Shown in pieces: positions 41,584 through 54,938 of a stretch of 64,000 nucleotides of DNA. The first letter of the stretch is position 1; the number at the start of each line of letters is the position of its first letter. The notes under the pieces were generated by a model. The model did no database searches. It saw only the letters and a program-made list of their open reading frames with translations, and was not told the origin of the DNA. The stretch is from an uncultured Gammaproteobacteria bacterium (lineage in GTDB: Bacteria > Pseudomonadota > Gammaproteobacteria > CAWCPV01), in NCBI GenBank assembly GCA_963797555.1, contig CAWCPV010000004.1:96001-160000 (forward strand), given 5' to 3'. Both the position numbers and the translations under genes were made by a program.

Positions 41584-44500
41584 GCTTTTCCATCGCGTTG
41601 ACGCGTTCGCTGAGTTGCTCGCATTGCCTTTCCAATCGTTCGATGGCCTCTGTCGCCTTCTCTTGCTTCGCCGTCGATGCCCTGTTACGTTGGTGCTTGC
41701 CACGCTGGGCGTAGGCTCTGCCGAGCTTGCGCCTTGGTTGCCTGGAGCGATTTTATCAGCGCTCGGCGCTCAGGATTGGGAACCATCCGCTCAGGATCGG
41801 CTGGTTCGGTGGCATAGGTGCTCAAGTGGTCGATGTTGAATTCGTCCTGCAGGTATTTGAAGAAGTTCTCTTGGCGCCAACGGCCGAACATGCGATGGGC
41901 GATCTCTGCGGCAGGTAAGTCCTGCCGGGTCGTCAGGATCGCGCTCTGATGTCCGTTTTTGCATAAGCGGCGGATCTCGCGCATCCACAAGGCGGGTTGT
42001 TTGCGATTGGCAGCGATGACCTGCACGCTGCACTCGGCCAGACTATAGGTCACAGACTTACCGTGGTGCTCGACGCTTAAGGGGCGGAAGTCCTCCGGGT
42101 CCCAGGGCGTTTGTTTACCCTTGCGATACGTGATGACTTCGGCCCCTTGGCTGTGCCACTGCTGGAAGGACTGGGGGCTCCAAGCCTCACGGTCAAACAC
42201 CAAGGTCAGCGTCCGGTCGGGGCCGATCTGCTGGCGCGCCTGGGGAATGACCTCCTGCTCGATCAGCGCCAAGAGGTGTCCATTGAGGGGGCTGGTGACG
42301 AAGAACACCGGCTCGGCCGCTCCGTTATGCACCCAAACATCCGTCGAGGCGGGCAGACACTGGCGGCGTTTCTGCACCAACGTCTTAGGCAGCGGATGCT
42401 TGCGCCCCGTGTAGGCATGGACGTGACCGTCGACGTACAGTATGCCCAGCTCATCGGGCTCCCCCTGCGCCCACTGGGCGGTCAACGCCGCGGCTAGTTG
42501 CGCCGCCTGTTGGCGAACTCCCAGTTGCGCGAGCTTACGCCGCAGCGTTTTGACTTCCGGCACGCGATCCAGTCCCAGCAAGATGCCCAGCTCACCAGGC
42601 GCTCAATGCTCTTGATGCGCAACAACGCCATCATGACCAGGCACCACAGGATCGAATGCAGACCATAGAACCCGGCTTTGAGCGGCGCGTAAACACGCTC
42701 GGCGTGGCACAGCAGACCTTCACCAATCATGGCCGGTAAGGCAAGCAAGACGCCGGCGTTCGCCACGCCCTCCGCAGGCTCAAAGTGGGGGGCTGCTTCG
42801 CCGAGCATCCCTTGGCAGGCGAGGACGCGTTCCTCCAAGCGTTTGACCGCGGTACCCGCCCCGCGGGCCTGCGCGGCGTCACGCTCAGCCCGCTCGCCTG
42901 GCAAGAGCGCGGCGCGGTGTTGTCGAGGCCGCTGGCGGCGCAGCCGTCCGGTCTTGATCGCATGGCGCACCGCCGTCTCACTCACACCGAGCGCACGCGC
43001 GGCCTGCGACTGCGAGCACCCTTGGTCCAAGCACGCCTGAGCGATCGGCAAAACCTCATCGGTGAGCTTAATGCCCACGACGCGGCGCACCATGGCCTCG
43101 GCCATCGCGTATGGCATCAAGACCCCCTTCGCGATACAGCGTCTGGTTGCGAAATACCGTCGAGCGGTGAACACCCAACACCGCCGCCAAGTCCTCACCC
43201 TTCGCTAAACCCTGCGTCATGAACACCGCCCCGAGGTAACGCTTAGCCGTCGTATCCGTACGCGCGCAGCTCATCAACGGACCGGAGGCATTCATGAACA
43301 CGAGTTCCTTGGGCGTTTCGATGACCGTCAACCGCAAACCCAATGTCACAGCCTGTTCGGGCAGCAGGGGAAGCTCAATGGTGCCTGGCATAGCATTCCT
43401 CTGGTCTCGTATTTATATTTCGATACCAGCATCGATTATAGCGCCTTCTCAATCGGTTAGGTAGCGCATGTCAGGAGTTCTGCAGTGGAAGTCAGTGAGC
43501 TGCTCCCAGGTCCAGTCGTGGGCGTCTTTGAGCCAGGTCCAGCGGGTGCCTCTGAGGGCGGGCTCGGTCTTGATCTCCTGGCGGCGCACCGCGTCGACCG
43601 CCTCGTTGGCGAGCTTGATCACGTGGAAGGCATCGAAGCTCACCGTGGCCTGGGGCAGGTGCCTGGCCACCCCGGCGCGGTAGGCGGCGGACAGGTCGAT
43701 GCACACCTGCTCGATGGCCTGCGGGTCGCCGCCGTGCGCCTTGAGGTCGGCGGCGAAGGCCGCCACGGTGCTCTGGTCGCGGCCCTCGCAGGCGAACAGC
43801 AGGCGTTTTCCCGTGAGGTCATGGAACAGGCTGATGTAGTGCTGTTCACGCCGGGCAGCGGTCTCGTCCAGGCCCACAGCGCTCACCTGCGAGTGGTCCT
43901 CCTGAGCGCGGGCACTGCCTACGTAGTGATCGAGCACCCCCCACAGGCGCTCATCGCCCACACCCAGGTGCCGAGCCACGGTCGCCACCGGCATGGCCTG
44001 GCACAGCGTGACCACCAGCGCCTCCATCAGCGCCGTGAAGCCACTGTGTGCGCGCGCCCACGGCGCTTCGACCTGGGTCGTCTTGCCGCAGGCCTCGCAG
44101 CGCACCCGCGGCAGATGCGCGTGCAGGTACGCCCGTGACTTAAAGAAGCTCAGGTGCTGCCAACTGCGCTCCCGGGTGTCGTGCACCGGCTGGCCTTGCA
44201 CTCCGCAGGCCGGGCAGGCAAAGCGGCTGCCCTTGGCAAACGCCACATCGAGGTCGATGCGCCCAGCCTCGGGGTCGAAGCGCACGTCGGTGACCTCCCA
44301 AGGCACCGTCAGGCCCAGTGCCGTGGTAAACAGATGCGTGGGCCGCACGGTGCTCCCCCCCTTGGATGACGGCCTGTGGATTTGTGGACGAGTCCTGCGG
44401 AGCGGCCCCACGCGAGGGCCTCTCGCCCACCACCCCAACCACAAGATGTGTTGTGATAAGCGAAAGCAGATGCTACTTGACTACCACGACCCACACAATT

Positions 44501-45410
44501 GCCGAAAGAGCCTGAACAAGCCCACGGTCGAGGCGGCGTTGATGGTGTCGTGCGAATCGCACCACCGGCGCCAAGCGCTTGAGGTCAATCGCCCCATTGA
44601 TGTTGAGCCGGCGACGCCCGGTGTTGCTCGGGATGGCACGCTCCTCGCCGCGCTTGATCCAGCCGTAGCCCAACACCGGATTGTGCTGCGGGTGAACAGC
44701 ATCGACGAAGTAGATCGCATCGTTCGGGCCTTGGTGCTCCTTGAGGCGCGCGTAGTCATCGAGAAACGCCCGCTGGGCTCCAGCGTCGGCCTTGCCCGGC
44801 AACTAGCTTGGGCTTTTTATAGACGTAGCCGAGGCGGTGCAGCAGGGCAGTCATCCCGCTTTCGCTGTAGCACACGCCAAAGTGCTGCTCGACCCAGTGC
44901 GCCACCTCCTTGGCCGTGAGGTAGAGCGTGCACTGCAAGTGGGCGTCTAAAAGCGCTCGCTCGGCGCTATCCAGCCACGCCTCACCCCCACTGTAGGCCA
45001 TGTGCACCAGATGCTCGATGCCGCCCTCTTGGTAGCGCTTGAAATAGGCCCTCGCGGTATCGGCTTCCATCAGCAAAGCCTCCGCTGCCTGTTCGGCAGA
45101 CCAGCCGGACCCAAGCAAAATAACGACATTGAGTCGATACGCCGCGCGCTTGTCGCGCGTACGTCGGTGTTCAGCACGCAGTTGCGCAAAGTTCTGATTG
45201 CCCTAACCGGTAGTCGATCATGCCCACAAGCATACACTCACTTTCAGTGACTTACATCCTCTGTCTAAACCGAAGTCTGGAATGAGACTGGTATAGCGCT
45301 CGTCGAAGTCGAAGAATCCGGGCTCGGGCATCGCTTCGTTCCTCGTCAGGGACCGACTGGCGCCCGTCTACCGGACAGCCGCCCGCAGTGGCAATTTTTC
45401 GAGGTGCCCT

Positions 45411-47231
<1,821 letters not shown>

Positions 47232-47533
47232 GGGAGAGCAGTCGGTGCCGGGAACCCCTTATTGTAATCCAGAAAGACTCGCTCACGTGAGCTTTCACGT
47301 GAAAGAAACGGCTTCCTGGGCGTGAGGGGCGTGGCCGATGAAGGCTACGGCGGAGTGTAAAGCGTTCAGGCTGGGGCTGGCAGGAAGCCGCAGCGCCTCA
47401 AGGACTCGATGTGACTCAGGGGCAAGTGACGGCCCAGGCTGTTGCGCTCATTCCTTCAGGCTGTCAGTCGCCCTCAGGCACTCCCGACGGCCCAGTCCAC
47501 GACCCCAGCAGCAGATTTGTGCGACAACTCCGT

Positions 47534-48470
47534 TCAAAACCAGAAGGAGGTCCCCTTGAGTAGAAACTCCACATAATGCATGTAGTGCGATCCGTCGCAG
47601 GAAAAGGTCAAGCTAACCATACCGTTGAAGATATTTATCGAAGACGTTCCGCAAATAGATCGTCTCGTCGGCGATGCGCAGCTCCCGCATAGTGTCCAGA
47701 ATCCGGGCTATGTCTGGTGGTCGTATCAACGCATCGGCCGGATAGGGCCGCACCGGGTAGACCAGACAAATGTCCGGGTCTGTCATCGCTTCGCGATCCA
47801 GTATTCGATAGCGGAAGGGATCGTCCACCACCCAGATCGTGGCCTGGCTGCTTGAAAAATGAACCTGACACTGGAATACTCCGCGTTCCCTCACCAGTTC
47901 CTCGAGGATGGATAACGCCAGATCGAGATTGCGGTCCATCGGACTTTCGACTCGGGCCTGTTGAAAAACAGTCCCCCTGATGGCAGGGTCACCCTTGACC
48001 TGCCGCCAGTAGCCCGGTTCCTCATAGAGCTCCGACGTTACGGGCAGATTACGCAGGTCGAAATCCGCGCCCAGATAACCCAGAGTGCCAGTGTCGGAGC
48101 GAACGATTTGCAGCGCGGTGAGTGACGGCCGCCGCTCGGACAGGCTGATGTAGGCGTCAGACAAGAGGTAGCCCCAGGGGGGGATTGGCTCGTTCATATA
48201 GGGGCGCTGCGACCGGTCGCGTCCGTGATGCTCGCGCAAGAGTCCTGAGCTGCCCACGTTGTCGCTGATCTGTACGCCGTCGGTCCCGATCACATACAAA
48301 TACGTACAATAGGGAACGCCCGAGAATCCGTCCACGAGGATCTCGTTCAGCTTATCCCGCTCGCCCCAAACTGCAGCGCATCTCTCAGCCAGCCGTGTCA
48401 GCGGTTCGCGAAGGATCCGCGCCAGTTCTTCACGTTGCCGATAGATACTGTCTTTCCATGAAAGTCCCAT
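47534..48470 (-). pseudogene. Stand-alone PDC/Cache-like sensor-domain protein with a +1 frameshift near 47648
   Basis: GVQISDNV...GRDRSQRPY...LSDAYIS..RPSLTA...LGADFDL. Removing one A restores ..IYLRTSSINIFNGMVSLTFSCDGSHYM...FWF*. Confidence 0.7.
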
Positions 48471-49352
48471 CACCTTATCCTGACATGCGATATTGTTGCC
48501 ATTGCTTCTCATCGGTCTGCATCACGGGGCCGGCCGACGACACGTGACATGAAATCAGAGCCAGACGTGGAAGCGTGCCGCCGAATGCTCCAAGGCCGCG
48601 ATCAGAGACTGATTGACGAGACGAAGCTATACGCGCTATCGCCGCGCTCACAGACACCCCTCCCTGGGCAGAGGCCCAAGGGGCGGCGAGGCACCTCATC
48701 AAAGGCCGCGGCAGACGGGATGCCGGCTGGGGGTACCCCAGCGCCTGCAGGGCTTCCACCAAGGCGTGAATCAGCGCCGTCGACGCGAGTGCCGACTGGG
48801 AGCTACGGGAGCGCACACCAAATACATGAAGCAGCACCGCCGCGCGGAGATCACCACCATTCTGGCCGCGGTTCTCAGCTATCGACTATATTCTTGGCTC
48901 TATAAGTCGACCGCAATCGGGCGATGACAATCATTAGGCATTAGGCAGGACCAAACGATAATGGTTCCCTGCGCTTCATCCGGGCCTCGGCCGCAGTGCT
49001 GCGGGATGCATCGCTAGCCTCGTCCCTCGTAGTCGAGACGATGTGGGACGAGATCGCGCCGGCCCCGTACCGCGCGGGGAATAGAGGCAGAGGACGCGGG
49101 TCCCGTAACATGACTTGGGGCGGGGAACTGTGCTGGTTCCAAGTCAGACTGTGCACGCGCCCCTCGGCGCAACGATTTCCCCGCGGCGCCGGACACCGGC
49201 AATGAAGAACGCTGAAACGACCGTTCACGCCCTACTTCCTGACCACAGGGGTCGGCCTATCCGAGGAGTAACGACCCTCGTCGTCAGGCAAGGCACTCTG
49301 CACCGCCTCGACGAAGGGCAACGTCAGCGCACCAAACCGCGAGGAAGTAAAG

Positions 49353-50868
49353 GGTTCTTACCGGAATCGTGTGGGTAGATATGCCTTACGCTGCGGCAGC
49401 CTCTGCCTGAGGTCTGACACAAGATCGTGTGTTGAACGGCGAGGCCGGCAAGTGGGCCAGGTTGCCCGCGATGAGGTAGGCGATGGTGATGAGCGAGTGC
49501 GTGGTGCGGTAGCCCCGGGCGCGGGCTTTGGCGGCCTGGATGAGGGAGTTGATGCCCTCGGCGCGGCCGTTGGTGAGGCCGGAGTCGAACGCGGCGAGCA
49601 CACCGTCCCAGTGGTCTTTCAGGGTAGTGGCGAGGTGTTTCATGGGTTGCAGGCGGCTACGCCGTGCCCAGCTATACCAGCGCGTGAGCGCGGTCTCGGC
49701 CTGCTCGAGGGTGCTGGCCGTGGCGTAGATATCGCGCAGCGCCTCCTTGAGGCGCCAGGCGCGGGCGGTCTTGAGCCGGGCGCGGGAGAGCCAGTGAAAG
49801 TCGGTGAGCTGCTCCCAGGTCCAGTCGTGGGCGTCTTTGAGCCAGGTCCAGCGGGTGCCTCTGAGGGCGGGCTCGGTCTTGACCTCCTCGCGGTGCACTG
49901 TATCGACGGCCTGGTTGGCGAGCTGGATGACATGGAAGGCATCGAAGCTCACCGTGGCTTTAGGCAGATGCTTGGTCACCCCGGCGAGATAAGCGGCGGA
50001 CAGGTCGATGCACACCTGCTCGATGGCCTGCGGGTCGCCCCCGTGCGCCTGGAGGTCGGCGGCAAAGGCCGCCACGGTGCTCCGGTCGCGGCCCTCGCAG
50101 GCGAACAGCAGGCGTTTGCCCGTGAGGTCATGGAACAGGCTGATGTAGTGCTGCCCACGCCGGGCGGCGGTCTCGTCCAGGCCCACGGCGCGCACCGGGG
50201 AGTGGTCCTCCTGGGCGCGGGCCGCCTCCACGTAGTGCTCGAGCACCCCCCACAGGCGCTCATCGCCCACGCCCAGGTGCCGGGCGACGGTCGCCACCGG
50301 CATCGCCTGGCACAGCGTCACCACCAGTGCCTCCATCAGCGCCGTGAAGCCACTCTGTGCGCGCGCCCACGGCGGCTCGACCTGAGTCGTCTTGCCGCAG
50401 CTCTCACAGCGCACTCGCGGCAGATGCGCGTGCAGGTCTGCCCGCGACTTAAAGAAGCTCAGGTGCTGCCAGCTGCGCTTGCGGGTATCATGCACCGGCT
50501 GGCCTGGCACTCCGCACGCCGGGCAGGCGAAGCGGCTCCCCTTGGCAAAGGCCACCTCGAGGTCGATGCGCCCAGCCTCGGGGTCAAAGCGTACGCCGGT
50601 GACTTCCCAAGGCGCCGTGAGGCCCAGTGCCGTCGTGAATAGATGCGTTGGCTCCATGGCGCTCCCCCCTTGATGGCCTGTGGATTTGTGGACGAGTCCT
50701 GCGGAGCGGCCCGCGTCCCAAGGACCGTGTGGACAACCTCCCGGTTGCCCACACTCGCGGGCCTCTCGCCCACAACCCCACAGGCCCAACCACAAGATGT
50801 TGTGATAGACGATTGCTCAGAACGGATGCTACTCGACCACCACGATCCACACAATTACCGAAAGAGCC
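49353..50868 (-). mobile_element. ISL3-family element variant A, intact second copy
   Basis: 8-bp duplication AAGTAAAG at 49345-49352 and 50869-50876; near-identical to 40069-41583. Confidence 0.95.
49386..50657 (-). CDS. ISL3 transposase
   Basis: Same protein as 40280-41551 with a few substitutions. Confidence 0.95.
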   Translation of the reverse strand: MEPTHLFTTALGLTAPWEVTGVRFDPEAGRIDLEVAFAKGSRFACPACGVPGQPVHDTRKRSWQHLSFFKSRADLHAHLPRVRCESCGKTTQVEPPWARAQSGFTALMEALVVTLCQAMPVATVARHLGVGDERLWGVLEHYVEAARAQEDHSPVRAVGLDETAARRGQHYISLFHDLTGKRLLFACEGRDRSTVAAFAADLQAHGGDPQAIEQVCIDLSAAYLAGVTKHLPKATVSFDAFHVIQLANQAVDTVHREEVKTEPALRGTRWTWLKDAHDWTWEQLTDFHWLSRARLKTARAWRLKEALRDIYATASTLEQAETALTRWYSWARRSRLQPMKHLATTLKDHWDGVLAAFDSGLTNGRAEGINSLIQAAKARARGYRTTHSLITIAYLIAGNLAHLPASPFNTRSCVRPQAEAAAA

Positions 50869-50930
50869 AAGTAAAGGCGCGGCTGAAACTCCGCCAGGAG
50901 GCGCAAGGAGTCAGCGCTTGTAAGAAATCG

Positions 50931-50965
50931 GCGCCCATGAGGACATCAAGCATCCTCATGGGCGC
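50931..50965 (-). terminator. 13-bp perfect hairpin, likely intrinsic terminator downstream of hns
   Basis: GCGCCCATGAGGA, 9-nt loop, TCCTCATGGGCGC; followed by CGATTTCTT on the minus strand. Confidence 0.5.
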
Positions 50966-51130
50966 GTGTCTCCGCCATGTGCACGTTGGCGCGTGCGCAT
51001 GCTCCTGTTACGCTCGGCCTCCAGCCGTCCAACAGTCGGTGGCATAGAAGCCTCACCGATCCAGTTTTCGGAAAGTACAGACAAAGTCATTCGTATACCA
51101 CCCCGACGGCGGGCGGGCACGATTAACGCG

Positions 51131-51451
51131 CTAGCTGGCGGCTAATTCCTCAAGGGACTTGTCCGAGGCCAGCCACTCCTTGATCCAATTAGGCTGCCGG
51201 CCTTGCCCAGCCCACGTCTTGTTGGGGTCCTCGGGATGGCGATACTTCACGCGTTTTTCCGGACGCCCTTTCGCCTTGCCGACGCGTGAGGGTTCGACCA
51301 GCTCGCTCAGGGAAAACCCGTGCTGCTGGGCGAGCTTCTTGATCTCGGCCAGAGTCTCCTTCTTGCTCTCCTTGCGCCGTTTCTTGATCTCGGTCTCCGC
51401 GTCTTGGGCAAGGGCTTGCAGCTGTTTAATGCTCAGCTTGGATAAGTTCAT
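51131..51451 (-). CDS. hns: H-NS family nucleoid protein
   Basis: N-terminal coiled coil; C-terminal KYRHPEDPNKTWAGQGRQPNW; AAGGAG SD. Confidence 0.92.
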   Translation of the reverse strand: MNLSKLSIKQLQALAQDAETEIKKRRKESKKETLAEIKKLAQQHGFSLSELVEPSRVGKAKGRPEKRVKYRHPEDPNKTWAGQGRQPNWIKEWLASDKSLEELAAS

Positions 51452-51591
51452 GACGGCTCCTTCTTGAAGGTTCTCGGGTTTGCTGAACAACGCAGTGAGG
51501 TTTTATTCTAAATCGAAACGGCAGATTTGCAAGGGTATCCACCGAGGTCCTCAGCAGGACCACGCGGGAAGATTGACTCAAGGTGATTAGT

Positions 51592-53034
51592 GGCTCTTTC
51601 GGCAATTGTGTGGGTCGTGGTAGTCAAGTAGCATCTGCTTTCGCTTATCACAACACATCTTGTGGTTGGGGTGGTGGGCGAGAGGCCCTCGCGTGGGGCC
51701 GCTCCGCAGGACTCGTCCACAAATCCACAGGTCGTCATCCAAGGGGGGAGCACCGTGCGGCCCACGCATCTGTTTACCACGGCACTGGGCCTGACGGTGC
51801 CTTGGGAGGTCACCGACGTGCGCTTCGACCCCGAGGCTGGGCGCATCGACCTCGATGTGGCGTTTGCCAAGGGCAGCCGCTTTGCCTGCCCGGCCTGCGG
51901 AGTGCAAGGCCAGCCGGTGCACGACACCCGGGAGCGCAGTTGGCAGCACCTGAGCTTCTTTAAGTCACGGGCGTACCTGCACGCGCATCTGCCGCGGGTG
52001 CGCTGCGAGGCCTGCGGCAAGACGACCCAGGTCGAAGCGCCGTGGGCGCGCGCACACAGTGGCTTCACGGCGCTGATGGAGGCGCTGGTGGTCACGCTGT
52101 GCCAGGCCCTGCCGGTGGCGACCGTGGCTCGGCACCTGGGTGTGGGCGATGAGCGCCTGTGGGGGGTGCTCGATCACTACGTAGGCAGTGCCCGCGCTCA
52201 GGAGGACCACTCGCAGGTGAGCGCTGTGGGCCTGGACGAGACCGCTGCCCGGCGTGAACAGCACTACATCAGCCTGTTCCATGACCTCACGGGAAAACGC
52301 CTGCTGTTCGCCTGCGAGGGCCGCGACCAGAGCACCGTGGCGGCCTTCGCCGCCGACCTCAAGGCGCACGGCGGCGACCCGCAGGCCATCGAGCAGGTGT
52401 GCATCGACCTGTCCGCCGCCTACCGCGCCGGGGTGGCCAGGCACCTGCCCCAGGCCACGGTGAGCTTCGATGCCTTCCACGTGATCAAGCTCGCCAACGA
52501 GGCGGTCGACGCGGTGCGCCGCCAGGAGATCAAGACCGAGCCCGCCCTCAGAGGCACCCGCTGGACCTGGCTGGGACCAACTCACCGACTTCCACTGGCT
52601 CTCCCGCGCCCGCCTCAAGACCGCCCGCGCCTGGCGCCTCAAGGAGGCGCTGCGCGATATCTACGCCACGGCCAGCACCCTCGAGCAGGCCGAGAGCGCC
52701 CTCGGGCGCTGGTATAGCTGGGCACGGCTAGCCGCCTGCAGCCCATGAAACGCCTCGCCACTACCCTGAAAGAGCACTGGAACGGCATCCTCGCCGCGTT
52801 CCACTCGGGCCTCACCAACGGCCGCGCCGAGGGCATCAACTCCCTCATCCAGGCCGCCAAGGCCCGCGCCCGGGGCTACCGCACCACGCACTCGCTCATC
52901 ACCATCGCCTACCTCATCGCCGGCAATCTCGCCCACCTGCCCGCCTCGCCGCTCAACACACCCGCTGGTGTCAGAGATCAGGCAGATACCCCCGCGCCAT
53001 AGGCATTGCTACCCACACGATTCCGGAAAGAGCC
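51592..53034 (+). mobile_element. ISL3-family element variant B, frameshifted, no target duplication
   Basis: Both ends present. A 23-nt deletion near 52572 and a 1-nt deletion near 52729 relative to the other copies. Flanks TGATTAGT and CAAAGATC do not match. Confidence 0.92.
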
Positions 53035-53850
53035 CAAAGATCTCATGGCGATAAAGACATGCCCGCGCGTTCTGGGGGCTTTGCGCACAAAGATGGGTCT
53101 GACTTCCAAGAAGCCGGTCTTGAGCCGTCTGAAGTTGCGCTCCACGGTTTGGAGATCTTTGTAGCGGTCATCCTCTTACTTGGAAGCCGAGCAAAACGAG
53201 CTTGGGGCCTATGGCTATAATCGTGATGGCAAGAAAGGCAAGCAACAGATCGTTATCGGATTGCTCGCCGCCAAAGATGGCGAGCCCCTCAGCGTAGACG
53301 TCTTCGATGGCAATACCACCGACCCCCAGACGCTCGGCTCTCCAGTGCAGAAGCTCACCGAGCGCTTCCACGTGAAAGAGGTGGTTCTAGTGGGCGATCG
53401 GGGCATGATCGGCCCAAGGCAAGGAGCGCCTGAACCAAGCGCATCTCAAGTACATTACGGCACTCACCGACCCGCAAATTCGCAAACTCATCAAGCAAGA
53501 CGTCCTTCAGCCCGATCTCTTCGATGAGCACGTGGTGGAAGTCCGTTACCAGGACAAGCGCCTGATTTTGCGTCGTGATCCGGCGACCCAACACAAGGAG
53601 CGTCATCGCCGCGAGGACAAGCTGCAGCGCTTGATGGGGCTGGTGGAACAGCGCAACGGCTTCGCTTTCAATACAATAACAGCCGTCCAGTAGCTCGGCG
53701 TCCTGCTTGGCTTGCGCATCGATTTGTAATTCGAGGGTTCGGCCGTTCGGTGTCAAGTGGACAAACCCGGCGTTGCGCAGTCGCCCCGAGCCAAGCCCGA
53801 GGCGGGATTGAAAAACCTGCAAGGCTGGGCACGTCGTCATAAAATCGGCA
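53035..53850. mobile_element. Scrambled IS1634-family transposase fragments on both strands
   Basis: Plus strand: YGYNRDGKKGKQQIVIGLL..VGDRGM. Minus strand: LLDGCYCIE and DRYKDLQTVERNFRRLKT..EVRPIFVR. Confidence 0.8.
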
Positions 53851-54603
53851 TTGGAAACACAGCACGAAGTCGTCGATGTAGCGCACCAGGTAGGCTTCGC
53901 CCCGCAACCGGGACTTGACCACCCGCTCGAACCACAGGTCGAGCACATAATGCAGGTACACGTTGCGAAGCCCCACGCTGATCGACCCCCCTTGCGGTGT
54001 CCCCTCCTCGTTCGGACGGCTTTCCCCGGCTTCCAGGATGCCCGCTTTCAGCCAACGCCGTATCAGGCTCAACAGGCGCGGATCTCCGACTCGATGCTCG
54101 ACGGAAGCGGAGCAGCCATCCGTGGTCCAGACTCCCGAAGAAGTTCTTCAAATCCGCCTCCAGCACCCAGTTCACCTTGCGCCCAGCAACCACCTCTAGT
54201 AGAGGGTGGCCAGAGCGTGGTGAGGGCTCAACCGAGGTCGTCCACCGAAGGAACACGGCAGGAAATCCTGCTCGTAGATGGCGGACAACACCTGGGCGGC
54301 GCTGCGCTGGAGCGCCCGGTCAGCGACACAGGGCACGCCCAGGGGGCGCTTCTCCTGCTTGGCCTCACTTGGGGATATACACCCGCCAGATGGCCGGTGC
54401 ACGATACCCCTGGCGGTGCACGGCCTCGAGCATGGGCTCAATCCAGGCCTCGAAGCTCTCCTTCGCCACCGTCTGGCCATCGCCATGCCGGCGGTACAAA
54501 CCCCGGAAGCACCCCAGGACACTCGCCAATGCGCGCCCTGGGATTTCGCCTTCCCCATAGAGAGACTGGGTCGGCTGCTTCGACCACGTTCGATTTCGGG
54601 GAC
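53851..54603 (-). mobile_element. Group II intron reverse transcriptase/maturase remnant
   Basis: RVYIPK, PLGVPCVADRALQ, YEQDFL..SFG.RP, EADLKNFF, GTPQGG and RYIDDF; several frameshifts; truncated after the YxDD motif. Confidence 0.88.
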
Positions 54604-54938
54604 CTTACCGTCGAAAAAGGTTGTGTCGATCCGGCCGTCGAGCTTATCGACGTACATCGCGTCGACGCGCTAGACGATCCGCCAACATCAGGACGCCAAC
54701 CAAGCCTACCTGGACGAGGGTATCCCTGGAACTGGCGCAGAGAGCCGGCACTTTGTTTCGGTAACAGTCACCGGCCGAGAAAGCCCACTTCTTGGGTTCG
54801 CACTACCGAACTGTACCTGAAAGAACGGACGACTGACAGCGCAGTACCGCCAACCTTTTGATCTGTTTGCGAAAAACGTGGCCGCTTTCGACAAGAAGGA
54901 GCGGGCTGAGTGGGGCTCAGACCCGCGTTTTTGACACT
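54604..54938. pseudogene. Large serine recombinase C-terminal remnants next to the tRNA 3' end
   Basis: Minus strand: DAMYVDKLDGRIDTTFFD. Plus strand: LLGFALPNCT*KNGRLTAQYRQPFDLFA, heading into the tRNA (..TWLPG). Recognised from memory of LSR tails. Confidence 0.5.
54901..54932. terminator. Hairpin just downstream of tRNA-Asn, possibly a bidirectional terminator
   Basis: GCGGG-CTGAG, loop, CTCAG-A-CCCGC; followed by GTTTTT on plus and TCCTTCTT on minus. Confidence 0.5.

Larger units (their letters stand above)
39671..43482 (-). mobile_element. IS-X copy 2, interrupted by ISL3 variant A
   Basis: Same 13-bp IR as copy 1; perfect CAGTG duplication at 39666-39670 and 43483-43487. Confidence 0.9.
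39227..44512 (-). mobile_element. ISL3-family element variant B, interrupted by IS-X
   Basis: 8-bp duplication TGAACAAG at 39219-39226 and 44513-44520; GGCTCTTT ends; GLDET, IDLS, FDAFHV and TNGRAEGIN motifs. Confidence 0.93.
34057..45293 (-). mobile_element. IS630-family element, frameshifted, carrying two nested insertion stacks
   Basis: TA duplication at 34055-34056 and 45294-45295. Imperfect IRs TACCCATTTAATACCAAATTTCGGTTT vs TACCAGTCTCATTCCAGACTTCGGTTT. Motifs FVDAVHPQHN, ICDNASY, LPPYSPNLNLIER. Confidence 0.88.
33970..45409 (-). mobile_element. IS5-family remnant (outermost shell, 'IS5-a'), split by IS630
   Basis: Left end CGAGGTGCCC at 45400-45409 and MPEPGFFDFDERY. Sequence continues below 34055 and aligns to the IS5 copy at about 38680-38760. 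The lower boundary is approximate. Confidence 0.75.

Noticed and set aside
48513-49340. Coding remnants between the PDC-sensor gene and ISL3
   Set aside because: A short helix-like stretch (ALIHALVEALQALGYP) may be a gene relic, but it is too short to assign.
49240-50965. CsrB/Rsm-type sRNA split by the ISL3 insertion (several GGA motifs plus a hairpin)
   Set aside because: Only one GGA is clearly in a hairpin loop, the count is not obviously above chance, and the terminator hairpin fits the opposite strand better.
53851-54603. Retron, DGR or defence-associated reverse transcriptase
   Set aside because: Motifs (RVYIPK, PLGVP, GTPQGG, YIDD) are group II intron type; no TR/VR repeat pair or msr-msd is evident; the gene is fragmented.
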